64,000 nt of DNA from the NCBI RefSeq assembly GCF_023055435.1, contig NW_025964223.1, positions 36,828,001 through 36,892,000 on the forward strand, written 5' to 3'. Shown here in pieces: positions 24,289-37,589 of this stretch. How positions within the stretch are numbered: the stretch's first letter is position 1; every line of letters begins with the position of its first letter. Below the pieces are notes generated by a model that did not search any database, was not told the origin of the DNA, and saw only the letters and a list, made by a program, of their open reading frames with translations. Position numbers and translations under genes: made by a program. This stretch comes from Haliotis rufescens (Eukaryota).

Positions 24289-27150
24289 AAACACAGAGGT
24301 GGGTTTATCTTGGCTTTCTACCTTATACAAATTAAACAACAATGTCACTTGGTGTCAAAAAAGGAGGAAAAAGACTAACATCAACAGTCAACTTCCATTA
24401 AAAGTGTTACACAAAGCATCATCATGGTTATCGAGAGTTGCCAATCTTTAACTGAAATTCTCACACTGCATCAAGCAGCATCACCAGTAGTAGCCTTACA
24501 CTAAGCAGGTCAAGAACTGTTCTCAGTTCGGCCAGTGATATCCTATCTTACAGTATCTCAACATACATCCAATACATTTCAGTGCTGAAACTAAACTGAT
24601 TACCCTTCATAAAACTTGTACCAGGGGAATTCATATAAACCTTTCATACTGTCAGGAAATGGCAGGATATACAACTGATGGACAAACAGGACATACATAA
24701 GGTATAAAGTCGCAGAAATAACTGTATTAGAGAAACCTTGCAAACAGTGTACCTAGCAATGTTGTTGATGATACTCACCTCATGGCAATATTGAAACCTG
24801 TACTTCAATGTGATCATATAAATCATGTAAGCTTCAACATATATTACACTTACCCCTTTCTTTAAACAAATCACTGGTCATAAATGTAGGAGGTTGAAAT
24901 GAGCTGATATATGAAATATGTATTACATGGTGCCCCTAGCAAGTGGGGCTGGGGTGAATGGGGGGCATCAGAGACAGTGGCCACTCATCACAGCGAGCAT
25001 TGTACATGAAAACAACTGATCCTTTGATACACCTTTCCATCTGAGAAAGATCAAAACCTGAGCGTACAGATGGGGCATCTTTGATGATGTAAGTTTACAG
25101 CAGCAAGGCTTTCTAATTGGGCACACCATGTCTCACGTGTCTTATTGACAAGGCATCTCAGTCAGAGGATTTATGGGAAAATAGAGTTGATGGGGTCAAC
25201 TTGGATGCAACAAGCCTTCTTGAGACAGAAAAAACTCTTTAATACTATGATAATACTTCATTCCATGAAGTATATTTGCTTAAAACATTGGGTGAAAGAT
25301 GTCTCATACACACATATATCTAGTCTTAGTTTGCTTAACCCAGTAATGTGAGTATCCCTTGTCCCATCTGAAGGTGCTGTCTGAGACCTATTGAAATGGT
25401 AGCAAGTTTGAAGTCAACAGTTGTGACATGAGGCATTATCTGCAGCAATTACAAAGCAATGTGTACAGGCAAACAATAAGTCTGGAGTGAAAACATTACT
25501 GAAGTACTAGGTTGTCAGCATCAGCCAAGGACCAGCATCATGCTGTCCCCACTCTGGCCTCTTCTAGTTACGAGTGAAATCTTGAAACACACCTGAGTCT
25601 TCATCGACATGAGTATCATCTGTAGGTGGGATAAGCAGAGCTATTTATAGGCCTCCATGTGGCAATGTGTAGAATGATTACAATATATTTACCATGAAAG
25701 GTATCAGCTGCATTTCACAAAGCAGGATCAGTTTGTTAATGATGGCAAGTGTCAGCGTCACATGTTGGCGTACACAGAAATGCAAACAATACAAATGTAC
25801 ATGTTAAGTAATGTAACATGGACGACACAAACTGGTATCCATCAACAAAAACAAACTCTGCCCTGCACTCAGTAGTCCAAAACATGGGGCTTGTCATAAA
25901 CTGTCAACTTTCAAGGTGCTTTGTCTAATATATGCACAAGATAGCGAGAGTCACACACACATGCTGAAGTACTGCAATATTGGCCTAGAGATTTGTAGGA
26001 CACTCATAAATAACATAACTGCTAATCTTTGACTGGAAAGACTGGCATCAGACACATCATGAGGCAAAGCACCAGCACCACATGCTACTGAACACAGGGC
26101 TAATAATGCTGACTCAAACATAACAAAACTTCAAAATAAACCTTTGAGTTATCTGCCCTTATGTCTGTTTCAGGAGCTCGATCAGGTGAGTTGACGGCAT
26201 CGAGGGAGAACTGACATTTGATGGGACATCCAGCATGGTGAAATGTGTTCCTTACTACAATTACAGCACTTTAGTACTGAGCCTGAACTGGCTGGTTAGT
26301 TAGTCATGGGACTGTTCTGACAGTGTAATGATGTAGTATACTGACTGCCCACACCAATGTCCGGTCACAGAGGTCCCCTGAAGCTGGGTTGGCAGCTGCC
26401 TTCGGTGAGTTGACAAAGAGGTAGTGGCTGGTTCGCACTGACAGTTGGATACTGGTGACTTCTATGTGATGTGATGGATGTTATGACAGGGCACTGTAGA
26501 AATGACTTCTGTTTGTTTTTTCTATTTCCAACATGTACAACACACTGGCAGTGGTAATCATTGTTGGAAGTACACAAATATTCTCCCAGAAAAACCAGCC
26601 AGGAAACAAAGTTGTCCATGTCAGGTTAATGCTGTCCTCAATAGCCAGATGCACTCAGAGAAACCGTTATATGCATCATAACCTGCTTCAACCAGCAACA
26701 ATTCGGCCAACAATGTGTAGAAATAAAAACAGTTCACAGGAAAACAATTAAGAGTACCAGTTACACAAAACTGCTCTTATGGCTGCAAAAAGCCCAAAGA
26801 AATACGATATGGTATTGATTGCTGCAGGTTTTGCAGCACGAGTCTCAGTCTCCCTTATTACATTTGGTTGCACGAGACTGTTAGCACAGAGAACCTTCCT
26901 TTTATTATGGACTTATTGTAGTGGAGTGTGACCAGTCTGGCTGAATGTCCGCCTTGTGGAAGAAGCTGTCGTGCAAGGATGGCCTTGCACCTGGGGGACA
27001 TGACAGGTGGAACATTGTTGTCCACCATGATGCCATCCCAGCTTGACGGCTGGTGCAGGGATGAAGTACAACAACTGGAGTGTAGGAGTGAGGTGATGAA
27101 CTGTGCAGGGATGACGGTATGTACAGCTGATCACAACCTCTCTGTCACTG

Positions 27151-27220
27151 TCACCTGGGTGCACGTTGCTGGGCTCGGTGGGTCAGGAGAGCTCGCCATA
27201 GTCGACACAAAACACCACCT
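27151..27220 (-). CDS. ASK-family MAP3K last coding exon (end of SAM)
   Basis: ttttttatag acceptor; (K)GGVLCRLWRALLTHRAQQRAPR*. Confidence 0.92.
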
Positions 27221-27526
27221 CTATAAAAAACCATTGCACATACTGATTGAAAACTATTTTAGGCAATTTGATTTCAGATACATGAAAATCTGGAGACTCT
27301 GTGAGACCACACCCTCAAAACAGTGGCCCTGACAAACCTACAACTCTGCACACACAGGGACCCCTAGCTTAGACCCAAGGGGTATGTGGTGGTGAACTCT
27401 CTTCCCCTTAAATACAGTAAGCTTCAATGTACATAGCCTTTGAATATTACTCTTGTTACTATGCGAGCCCAGAGTGTTCAGAATAAGAAAACAGAATGTA
27501 GAATGTGTGTTCTACAAGCAACCTAC

Positions 27527-27603
27527 TTGAGTTGAAGGCGAGTGAGGTCTTCTTTGGTGGCAAGCTCCAGCAGGTCTGGCAGAGTGTACTCCTCCTGGCA
27601 CAC
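27527..27603 (-). CDS. ASK-family MAP3K exon (SAM)
   Basis: cttcag / gtaggt; VCQEEYTLPDLLELATKEDLTRLQL; phase 0-2. Confidence 0.92.
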
Positions 27604-27982
27604 CTGAAGCACATACAAGGATAGTCACTTTTTCTAACTCAACTTTCAAATGGTTCACACAATTCTTTTTTCCATATAAATAACAAAAGTTAAAAAGGAA
27701 AATCTGCTAACAGGACACCGTTGCCAATATGTTGAATTTTGAACAAAGTTTCATCCAAAAATATATTATATTTTCTCATTTATGCAAATATTGCCAAACC
27801 TGATTTCATGAAAATGCCAAAAAAAAATTCAAAAGAAAGGCTGTTCACAGCAAGAGGTCCCAGCAGGTTGATTAATGTGCCATGTGAAACACAGAACGAT
27901 TGCCTAGAGATGGAGCTTGGGAAAATAAATGATCATAGACTGCTGGCTGGACATGCTAAACCAGTCCGATGTAAGAACAGAC

Positions 27983-28068
27983 CTTGTGTATGGTGTCCTG
28001 GTCAAAGTGCCGGTCAGACAGCCAGGACACTAGGTCCGAGTCAGGGATCACCTGAATCTCCGGGACAC
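27983..28068 (-). CDS. ASK-family MAP3K exon (start of SAM)
   Basis: ttgaag / gtctgt; GVPEIQVIPDSDLVSWLSDRHFDQDTIHK; phase 1-0. Confidence 0.88.
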
Positions 28069-30253
28069 CTTCAACACAATGTCATACAAAAAACAAGCTG
28101 AGTACTTGGATATGTTGTGAAACTTCATTACCTCTAACTCCATTATCTCCATATAGTGTTAAGGACAATGTCACGTGGTCCTGTCAGAAGCATTATCTCC
28201 ATATAGAGGTAAGAATAATGTCACATTGTGTCACATGGTCCTGTCAGAGATTATCTCCATATAGAGGTAAGAACAATGTCACATTGTGTCACATGGTCCT
28301 GTCAGAAGCATTATCTCCATATAGAGGTAAGAATAATGTCACATTGTGTCACGTGGTCCTGTCAGAAGCATTATCTCCATATAGAGGTAAGAATAATGTC
28401 ACATTGTGTCACGTGGTCCTGTCAGAAGCATTATCTCCATATAGAGGTAAGAATAATGTCACATTGTGTCACATGGTCCTGTCAGAGATTATCTCCATAT
28501 AGAGGTAAGAACAATGTCACATTGTGTCACGTGGTCCTGTCAGAAGCATTATCTCCATATAGAGGTAAGAACAATGTCACATTGTGTCACATGCTCTTGT
28601 CAGAAGCATTATCTCAATATAGAGGTAAGAACAATGTCACATTGTGTCACGTGGTCCTGTCAGAAGCATTATCTCCATATAGAGGTAAGAACAATGTCAC
28701 ATTGTGTCACGTGGTCTTGTCAGAAGCATTATCTCGATATAGAGGTGAGGACAATGTCACGTGGTCCTGTCAGAAGCATTATCTCCATATAGAGGCAAGA
28801 ACAATGTCACATTGTGTCACGTGGTCTTGTCAGAAGCATTATCTCAATATAGAGGTAAGAACAATGTCACATTGTGTCACGTGGTCCTGTCAGAAGCATT
28901 ATCTCCATATAGAGGTAAGAACAATGTCACATTGTGTCACGTGGTCTTGTCAGAAGCATTATCTCGATATAGAGGTGAGGACAATGTCACGTGGTCCTGT
29001 CAGAAGCATTATCTCCATATAGAGGCAAGAACAATGTCACATTGTGTCACGTGGTCTTGTCAGAAGCATTATCTCAATATAGAGGTAAGAACAATGTCAC
29101 ATTGTGTCACGTGGTCCTGTCAGAAGCATTATCTCCATATAGAGGTAAGAACAATGTCACATTGTGTCACGTGGTCTTGTCAGAAGCATTATCTAGATAT
29201 AGAGGTAAGAACAATGTCACATTGTGTCACGTGGTCCGATCAGAAGCATTATCTAGATAAAGAGGTAAGAACAATGTCACATTGTGTCACGTGGTCCTGC
29301 CAGAAGCATTATCTCTATATAGAGGTAAGAACAATGTCACATTGTGTCACATGGTCTTGTCAGAAGCATTATGTCGATATAGAGGTGAGGACAATGTCAC
29401 ATTGTGTCACATGGTCCTGTCACAAGAATTATCTCGATATAGAGGTGAGGACAATGTCACATTGTGTCACGTGGTCCTGTCAGAAGAATTATCTCCTTAT
29501 AGAGGTGAGGACAATGTCACGTTGTCCTGTCAGAAGCATTATCGCCATATAGTGTTAAGGACAATGTCACATTGTGTCACATGGTCCTGTCAGAAGTATT
29601 ATCTCCATATAGAGGTGAGGACAATGTCACATTGTGTCACGTGGTCCTGTCAGAACCATTATCTCCATATAGAGGTAAGAACAATGAGACATTGTGTCAC
29701 ATGGTCCTGTCAGAGATTATCTCCATATAGAGGTGAGGACAATGTCACATTGTGTCACGTGGTCATGTCAGAAGCATTATCTCAATATAGAGGTAAGAAC
29801 AATGTCACATTGTGTCAGGTGGTCCTGTTAGAAGCCTTATCTCCATATAGAGGTAAGAATAATGTCACATTGTGTCACGTGGTCCTGTCAGAAGCATTAT
29901 CTCCATATAGAGGAAAGAACAATGTCACATTATGTCACAAAGTCCTGTCAGAAGCATTATCTCCATATAGTGTTGAGGACAATGTCACGTTGTGTCACAT
30001 GGTCCTGTCAGAAGCCTTATCTAGACATAGAGGTGAGGACAATGTCACATTGTGTCACGTGGTCCTGTCAGAAGCATTATCGCCATATAATGTTAAGGAC
30101 AATGTCAGAAGCATTATCTCCATATAGAGGTGAGGACAATGTCACATTGTGTCACGTGGTCCTGTCAGAAGCCTTATCTCCATATAGAGGTGAGGACAAT
30201 GTCACATTGTGTTACATGGTCCTGTCAGAAGCCTTATCTCGATATAGAGGTAA

Positions 30254-30430
30254 GAGTGAGTGAGTGAGTGAGTGAGTATGGTTTTACGCCGTTTTTAGCA
30301 TTATTCCAGCAATATCACGGCGGGGGACACCAGAAATTTGGCTTCACACATTGTACCCATGTCGGGAATCGAACCCAGGTCTTCGGCGTGACGAGTGAAC
30401 GCTTTAACCACTAGGCTACCCGACCGCCCC
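30254..30430 (-). mobile_element. SINE family A inserted into the minisatellite
   Basis: 11-bp TSD tatagaggtaa at 30243-30253 and 30431-30441; intact A/B boxes; (GAGT)n tail on +. Confidence 0.95.
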
Positions 30431-31436
30431 TATAGAGGTAAAAACAATGTCACATTGTGTAACCTGGTCTTGTCAGAAGCATTATCTCGATATAGAGGTG
30501 AGGACAATGTCACGTTGTGTCACATGGTCCTGTCACAAGAATTATCTTGATATAGAGGTGAGAACAATGTCACATTGTGTCACATGGTCTGGCAGAAGCA
30601 TTATCTCGATATAGAGGTAAGAACAATGTCACATTGTGTCACGTGGTCCTGTCAGAAGCATTATCTCCATATAGAGGTAAGAACAATGTCACATTGTGTC
30701 ACGTGGTCTTGTCAGAAGCATTATCGCCATATAATGTTAAGGACAATGTCACGTTGTGTCACGTGGTCCTGTCAGAAGCATTATCTCGATATAGAGGTGA
30801 GGACAATGTCACATTGTGTCACATGGTCCTGTCACAAGAATTATCTCGATATAGAGGTAAGAACATTGTCACAATGTGTCACGTGGTCCTGTCAGAAGCA
30901 TTATCTCCATATAGAGGTGAGGACAATGTCACATTGTGTCACGTGGTCCTGTCCTGTCAGAAGCCTTATCTCCATATAGAGGTGAGGACAATGTCACATT
31001 GTGTCACATGGTCCTGTCAGAAGCATTATCTCCAAATAGAGGCAAGAACAATGTCACATTGTGTCACGTGGTCCTGTCAGAAGCCTTATCTCCATATAGA
31101 GGTGAGGACAATGTCACATTGTGTCACGTGGTCCTGTCAGAACCATTATCTTGATATAGAGGTGAGGATAATGTGACATTGTGTCAAGTTGTCCCATCAG
31201 AAGCATTATCTCCATGTAGTGTTGAGGACAATGTCACGTGGTCCTGTCACAAAAATTATCTCCATATAGAGGTAAGAACAATGTCACATTATGTCACATA
31301 GTGGTCCTGTCAGAAGCATTATCTCCATATTGTGTTTAGGACAATGTCACATTGTGTCACGTGGTCCTGTCAGAAGCATTATCTCCATATAGTGTTAAGG
31401 ACAATGTCACATTGTGTCACGTGGTCCTGTCAGAAG

Positions 31437-31885
31437 CTTAAGAAAGCTGCTTTCTAAGTGGCTAATGTTGACTTCCTGTTAGTCATTTTAGTAGTAGGTC
31501 ATATTTCGCAAAAGGTTGTTCTGACGTGACCTGTAATGGGATGTCCTCGCTGATAGCGAGAACTTGTAGCTGATTTTAATGAGATTGAGGTAATCTAAGC
31601 ATGTGATTAATCCTGTTTTCTTTATTTCAAGCATTAATTTGTTTGTTGTTAAGCAAGTTTATCTCTGCAGCCATTGTAATATGCAGCTACTAGCCGACTC
31701 ATCTCACATCAAAACACGGGACAATGTACTCTCGGGCAGATGACCACTGAGTACGCTGATCACTGTGTTGGATAAATGAGACTGATTGATGAATGATTTC
31801 GGTAATTCATTGCAAATTAAGAGTGTCAGAGTCGGAATGCGAATGCGCAATGCGGGTCTAAATAGCACTGATTTTATCGGGTCCC
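31437..31885. mobile_element. Unclassified insertion in the minisatellite
   Basis: Non-repeat block containing gacctgtaatgggatgtcctc and ctgattttaatgagattg, shared with 6373-6395 and (inverted) 14845-14895. Confidence 0.5.
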
Positions 31886-32717
31886 ATGTCACAATGTGTC
31901 ACGTGGTCTTGTCAGCAACATTATCTCCATATAGTATTGAGGACAATGTGACATTGTGTCACATAGTCCTGTCAGAAGCATTATCTCCATATACTATTGA
32001 GGACAATGTCACATTGTGTCACGTGGTCCTGTCAGAAGCATTATCTCCATATAGAGGTAAGAACAATGTCACATTGTGTCACGTGGTCCTGTCAGAAGCA
32101 TTATCTCAATATAAAGGTAAGAACAATGTCACATTGTGTCACGTGGTCCTGTCAGAACCATTATCTTGATATAGAGATGAGGACAATGTGACATTGTGTC
32201 ACATAGTCCTGTCAGAAGCATTATCTCTATATAGTGTTGAGGACAATGTCACGTGGTCCTGTCAGAACCATTATCTTGATATAGAGGTGAGGACAATGTG
32301 ACATTGTGTCACGTGGTCCTGTCATAAGCATTATCTCCATATAGTGTTGAGGACAATGTCACGTGGTCCTGTCAGAAGCATTATCTCCATATAGAGGTAA
32401 GAACAATGTTACATTGTCATGTGGTCCTGTCACAAGAATTATCTCCATATAGAGGTGAGGACAATGTCATGTGGTCCTGTCAGAACCACTATCAGCTTGA
32501 AGATCTTATTTGATTTGACAACACTAATCATGGCCATGGGATAACAGGCAGGCAGCCATTTTTTGTACTGATTATTACCAGAACTATGTTTGAACATTTG
32601 ATAAATTAAGAGCTGGATGTTGGTGAAATGAGGTTGCGGGGAGAAAGATATTTGCAAACCTTGTACTGAGAGCAATCTAGTTTGTGCACTAATCGTTACA
32701 ATACAACCGAGGGATGA

Positions 32718-34188
32718 TATGGGCACATATTTGGTAAAAAAATACAAAGTTGAAATAAAGGACAAAAGTATGCAATAATAGTCAAACGTTACGAATAAAT
32801 GTTACGAATTAAGGTCATAATACAAAACAGACAGACGCTGGTTAAAAAATACAAATTCGAAATAAAGGTTAAAAGCATGGAATACAATAAACACTAAACT
32901 GCTAAGTAATGTCAACAATAAAGAAACTTGAAATATTTTACGAATTGCAGCGGCATCTGCTATTGTCAACGTCCTTCAGCAGTTTAGTGTCATTTCATGT
33001 GCACTGACGTTCTTTATTACACACTGTTCTTTCTTTTCATATGACAACTTTTCGTAACATTTGACTATTATATGGCATACTTTTGACCAGGGGTCCGGAA
33101 AATTTAAAATCCCAATCGGACATTTGCATTTAGGCCACGCCCCCTTCAAATAGCGTATTTTAGTACGACTTTTCACACACATTACAAGTTTACGTATTCA
33201 TAATATGATGAATTATGAATTGTTTCAATTTAAATTGTTTAATTCACCGGACAATTAATAACAAATAATATCATTTTAGATTTACATGGAAAAAATACGT
33301 TTGTTTCTGTTATAATAACGATCTGTTAACGTAGTGAACGGTCTAATTAATATTCATGAGTTATATTCATGAGTCTGCTCAAGTGTACGCGTTGTAACAT
33401 TTGGATCGAGACTATTATCCCATATTTGGTTAACACGTGACCTCACGGGAAAAGTTTTTTTTTAAACTAAAGATTTTTTTAAAAACAAGACAGATAATTT
33501 AATCACAAATACTAAAATATCGTTGATAGCAATAGTTATTTGAATACTTTTTTCATCTGTACTTAATTATTGACCATAAAAAAATTGGATATCGATCGTC
33601 CGAGAAAGCAAAATGGCGGTCAATCAAGATTCAATATACAACTAGCTACTGAAAACAATAAAATCTGCAAATCCTCATTGTATGTCAACCAAGTGAATGT
33701 CGTTAGCCACGACTTACAAAATGATCGTCCAGACTTTGAGGGTTTGGCAGATCCGCTCGACTGATCTGCATCGGTCGACTGGCTGTCGTCACGCTTTCGC
33801 TTCTTGTCTGAGGTTACGTATCATAGCATTGTGAGGATTATGAGGTACATCGATGATGCAAGGTATTAATGTACAGTTGTAAACACCTTTCACTCAAATT
33901 AACAAGATGTTCTCAGTAATTAATCCTCGATTAATCAGTGTCAACTCAGTTTATTGCCTATTACAGTGATTGACAGATTGGACTATCATGTAGGTACGAT
34001 GTATTTACAGCAATCAACGTGAGTTTTGACCTATATTTCAACTTTGTATTTTTTAACCAGCGTCTGTTTGTTTTGTATTTTGACCTGTATTAGTAACATT
34101 TAATACTTTATTCGTAACATTTGACTATAATTGCATACTTTTGTCCTTCATTTCAACTTTGTATTATTTGACGGAATGGCAGCCCAGA
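32718..34188. mobile_element. Non-autonomous DNA transposon, probably IS3EU superfamily
   Basis: About 160-bp imperfect TIRs starting tatgggc and ending gcccaga; 6-bp TSD ggatga at 32712-32717 and 34189-34194. Confidence 0.72.
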
Positions 34189-34283
34189 GGATGACCTATG
34201 TACACTTCTCGACAGTAACCACCACACCTTTGTGATATTGCAACAGCACAGAGCCAGCAACATATGCCCGAGGAAACACATAC

Positions 34284-34342
34284 CTGCAGACAAGGTCTGG
34301 GACTTCAGAGCAAGATTTTGATCTTTATTGGACACCAGTAAA
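34284..34342 (-). CDS. ASK-family MAP3K linker exon
   Basis: tctttcag / gtatgt; (S)LLVSNKDQNLALKSQTLSA; phase 2-1 bridges the flanking exons exactly. Confidence 0.8.
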
Positions 34343-35483
34343 CTGAAAGATACCAATGAAATACAAATTCAATCATAACTGAGCATAATGACAGCATGGA
34401 CCGTTTCTCACAATAACAAACAATGCACAAGCAGTCAGTTGTGATGCAACAAGTATGTGACTTAACATCCAACTCCTCCTGACATCATCATGTCCATACA
34501 GGCCAGACAACCTGTATGTTTTGTAACACGATGTTGCCTGGCTCATGAAGTTGTCTCACAGGTATGATGTAATACAGGCACTGTGGCCTGCAGACTGGAG
34601 ATCCAGTCACAAGGGGCTACAGCTGTGACTACAGACATACTAAGATACCCATATACCGGTATGTCTCACTCTGATAACAGGCACCGATGAGATACTGTAA
34701 AGCATGAAATTAATGCATCACAGAATTAATGCAAGTGTCGGCCCCTGGCGTGTAACGTGTCATGAAATTAATGTGAGTACCTATCTTTGAACTATAAAAA
34801 GTAAGTAAATGATAACACGAAGACTGAAGATTAAGTATTCCATGATATAGTAGGGTGTGATAGTCGTATAGGAATAATATCATCACATGCTTAACTTCAA
34901 CTGCTTGACATGTGATCTTACTACCATGAAATTAAAATCAGGAAATTCAAATAACACAGATTCAAATGAGAGAGGTTTTGTGACCCAGAAGTCTGTACAT
35001 TGTGTGAAGACACAATGCCACTCAGAAAGTGGTCAAATGTAATAAATGTCATATTTGGGATAGCACTTTCTCAGTAAAATACAGATTCTTGTACTTTTTG
35101 GGTTGAGTCCCATCCAGGACCTTACAAAGAACATGTTTTCCCAAATATGACATTTGTTACAGAAGACTGTACAGGTTCTGTAACATGTGTTAGCTCAATC
35201 CTTTGAACGTAAATGAGCTGTGTTATCTATTCACCAAGACTGCAGTACTGGACAATTTCAATACGTGGGTGAGCAGTGTTTTGCTTCTAATTATAAGATT
35301 ATTTGACAAGACTCCATCATACATGTACATGGTTGGTGACTGTCATAACTGCTTGATTAACTTGTGTAAATAATATGACCAGACTTGGACGTGGTGAGAA
35401 GCACTCTAGAATTCAGTTACATTGTTCATAATGAGCTACGTTAGCAATCACTCTGTTAGTGCACACCCTACAAAGAGCCAAAG

Positions 35484-35750
35484 GCAGAAACACACCCCAT
35501 TAACACCAGAATTAAAGAGCACAAAACTTCAACCATCATATCAGACAGTAAATCAGCCATCTTTGACCATATCAGCAACTGCCCTAACCACATCAACTGG
35601 GAAAATGTCCAAATCCTCCCCAACAACCTCCATGACTTCACTAAATGAAAACTAACAGAAGCAGTCTACATTCTCCGCCCAAAGCCATCAATCAACAGAG
35701 ATCAAGGCTATTTCATCCCACCCGCCTACTATGAACTCATTAAGCAATAA
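35484..35750 (+). pseudogene. Penelope-like GIY-YIG endonuclease C-terminal remnant
   Basis: TRIKEH...SAIFDH...HINWENVQIL...K*KLTEAVYILRPKPSINRDQG; the 3' tail resumes after the Tc1 at about 37393-37535. Confidence 0.8.
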
Positions 35751-35914
35751 TCACCCCACCTGTGTATACTTATCCTATTTAATTGGCTTCCCAATCATGT
35801 TCTCTGTCCATCACGTTGTGACAGTATTATCCTTCTGTTGTCATTGTTTAACCTGTTTAATCTCTCACTTGCATGCAATTGTTATTACTGTTAATCCTCC
35901 ACCTACTTTATATA

Positions 35915-37390
35915 CTGAACAACACAAGTTCCTGTGACATTGAATAAGATTTAATGCAAAGTTATGTTTTTTACCAAATCTGAAACAATTTCTGTTTGGT
36001 GCAGATAAAAGACTCCTGTAAGTGTTCAAATGGATTAATTTGCCATACTGACTTCAGAAAATGCGTGATTTCATAAAAAACATGATCATGCCAAAATGTC
36101 AATTTACAAATCAAGACTGTGTGTGTCCACCTCTGGTTGGGATGCAAGCAACACATCTTCGTCTCATAGAATGGGCCAGGCGTCGCACAAAGTCCTGTGG
36201 GATATCTGTCTATATCTGCTGGAGCATGTTTCGAAGTTCCTGGAGTGTCTGTGGAACACGTGGTTGACGTCGAAGGCGCCGATCCATCTTATCCCACATG
36301 TGCTCGATTGGTGAGAGATCAGGGGAGCGAGCCGGCCAGTGGATGACATTCACATTGTTTCGTTGAAGAGAATCCTGGGCGTTGTCATGTTGAAAAGTAA
36401 AGCCTGGGCCATGACGACGCAAAAACGGTAGAACAACAGGGCTGATGATCTCGTCGCGGTAGCGCTGTCCATTGAGATTTCCCTCTACCACTATCAAACG
36501 GGACCTCTGTCTTGCTGTAATCCCACCCCATACCATAACGCTACCGCCCCCGAATTGATCTTCTTCCATGACACAATGGTTGACGTAACGCTCACCTCGA
36601 CGTCTGTGCACTGGAATCCGTCTATCGCTGTGGCTGAGGAGAAAACAAGACTCGTCAGTGAATAGAACTTGTTCCCATTGCATGGCCGTCCAGCGCGGAC
36701 GCTGTCTGCACCACTGTAGACGTGCTTGACGGTGGTCTCCTGTCAAAATGGGACGTCTGGCAGGTCTTCTGGCGACAATCCCTGCACATCTGAGGCGACG
36801 CCGTACGGTTTGTGAAGATATCTGTCGAAGGCCAGGGATGCTTCTTGCAGTCACTGTTGCTGGCTGGAATCGATTTCGTAGGTGTGTTGTTCGAATCCAG
36901 TTGTCTTGTCGATTATTGGTTACGCATGGTCTGCCTTTCCGATGATGGTCTCTGACTGCATTCGTCTGTTGCCAACGTTGCAATAAACACCAAATGGCGT
37001 TACTGTGGATGTTATATTGTCTTGCAACATCACGTTGCCTCGATCCTGCTTCAAGCATACTAATGGCTTGCAGACGCTCATTTTTGGACAGGCTTGGTAT
37101 TTCGTAATGTTCACTAATTGTGTAATTTTGTTGTTTTTCTGAGTGGTTGTCAGCACGATGCTAAACAATGCACATGGAATCCCGTTAACACACGTTTTTA
37201 TACCCATTCTTGGGTTGTGAAATGCATGGGGCTTGCATAAAGTCAACTTTTGCATGGAATGCATGCTTTTCTGTAGCAGTTGCGTTTTTGTGACTTGATT
37301 CCATACCTGTACTACAATATTGAAAACATAACTTTACTTGTTTGAAAAATACACGAAAATATTGGTGTCATAGGAACTTTTGTTGTTGAG
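35915..37390 (-). mobile_element. Tc1-family transposon (second family) inserted in the Penelope tail
   Basis: 25-bp TIRs ctgaacaacacaagttcctgtgaca / ctcaacaacaaaagttcctatgaca (3 mismatches), TA on both sides. Confidence 0.92.
36112..37095 (-). pseudogene. Tc1 transposase pseudogene
   Basis: VLFTDES, GGGSVMVWG, QHDNA...WPARSPDLSPIEH with an 8-aa deletion in the D34E spacer, a premature stop at 36210 and a damaged start. Confidence 0.9.
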
Positions 37391-37589
37391 TATATATTCT
37401 GTACCATGTTCTTTATTTAACCTTGCTTGAAAACGATATAAGGATCTCTACCAAAACATCGCCTTTACCGTAAATAAAGACGCTGTTATCCATTAACTGT
37501 CTTATTTTGCCATCCGTCAACTTCTAATTAATGCCTAGCAAACAAATTAACACATACCAATGATATAGTCTCATTTACAAGAGAGGGAT

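Larger units (their letters stand above)
28141..32490. repeat. 60-bp intronic minisatellite (50-bp variants) with two insertions
   Basis: Unit cattatctccatatagaggtaagaacaatgtcacattgtgtcacgtggtcctgtcagaag. Confidence 0.97.

Noticed and set aside
26913-27332. ORFs overlapping the last exon and UTR
   Set aside because: No motifs; explained by the real minus-strand exon and adjoining UTR.
28218-32191. Long Cys/His-rich ORFs (MSHCVTWSCQKHYLH..., zinc-finger-like)
   Set aside because: They are translations of the 60-bp repeat, open in several frames, frameshifted by 50/58-bp units and antisense within an intron.
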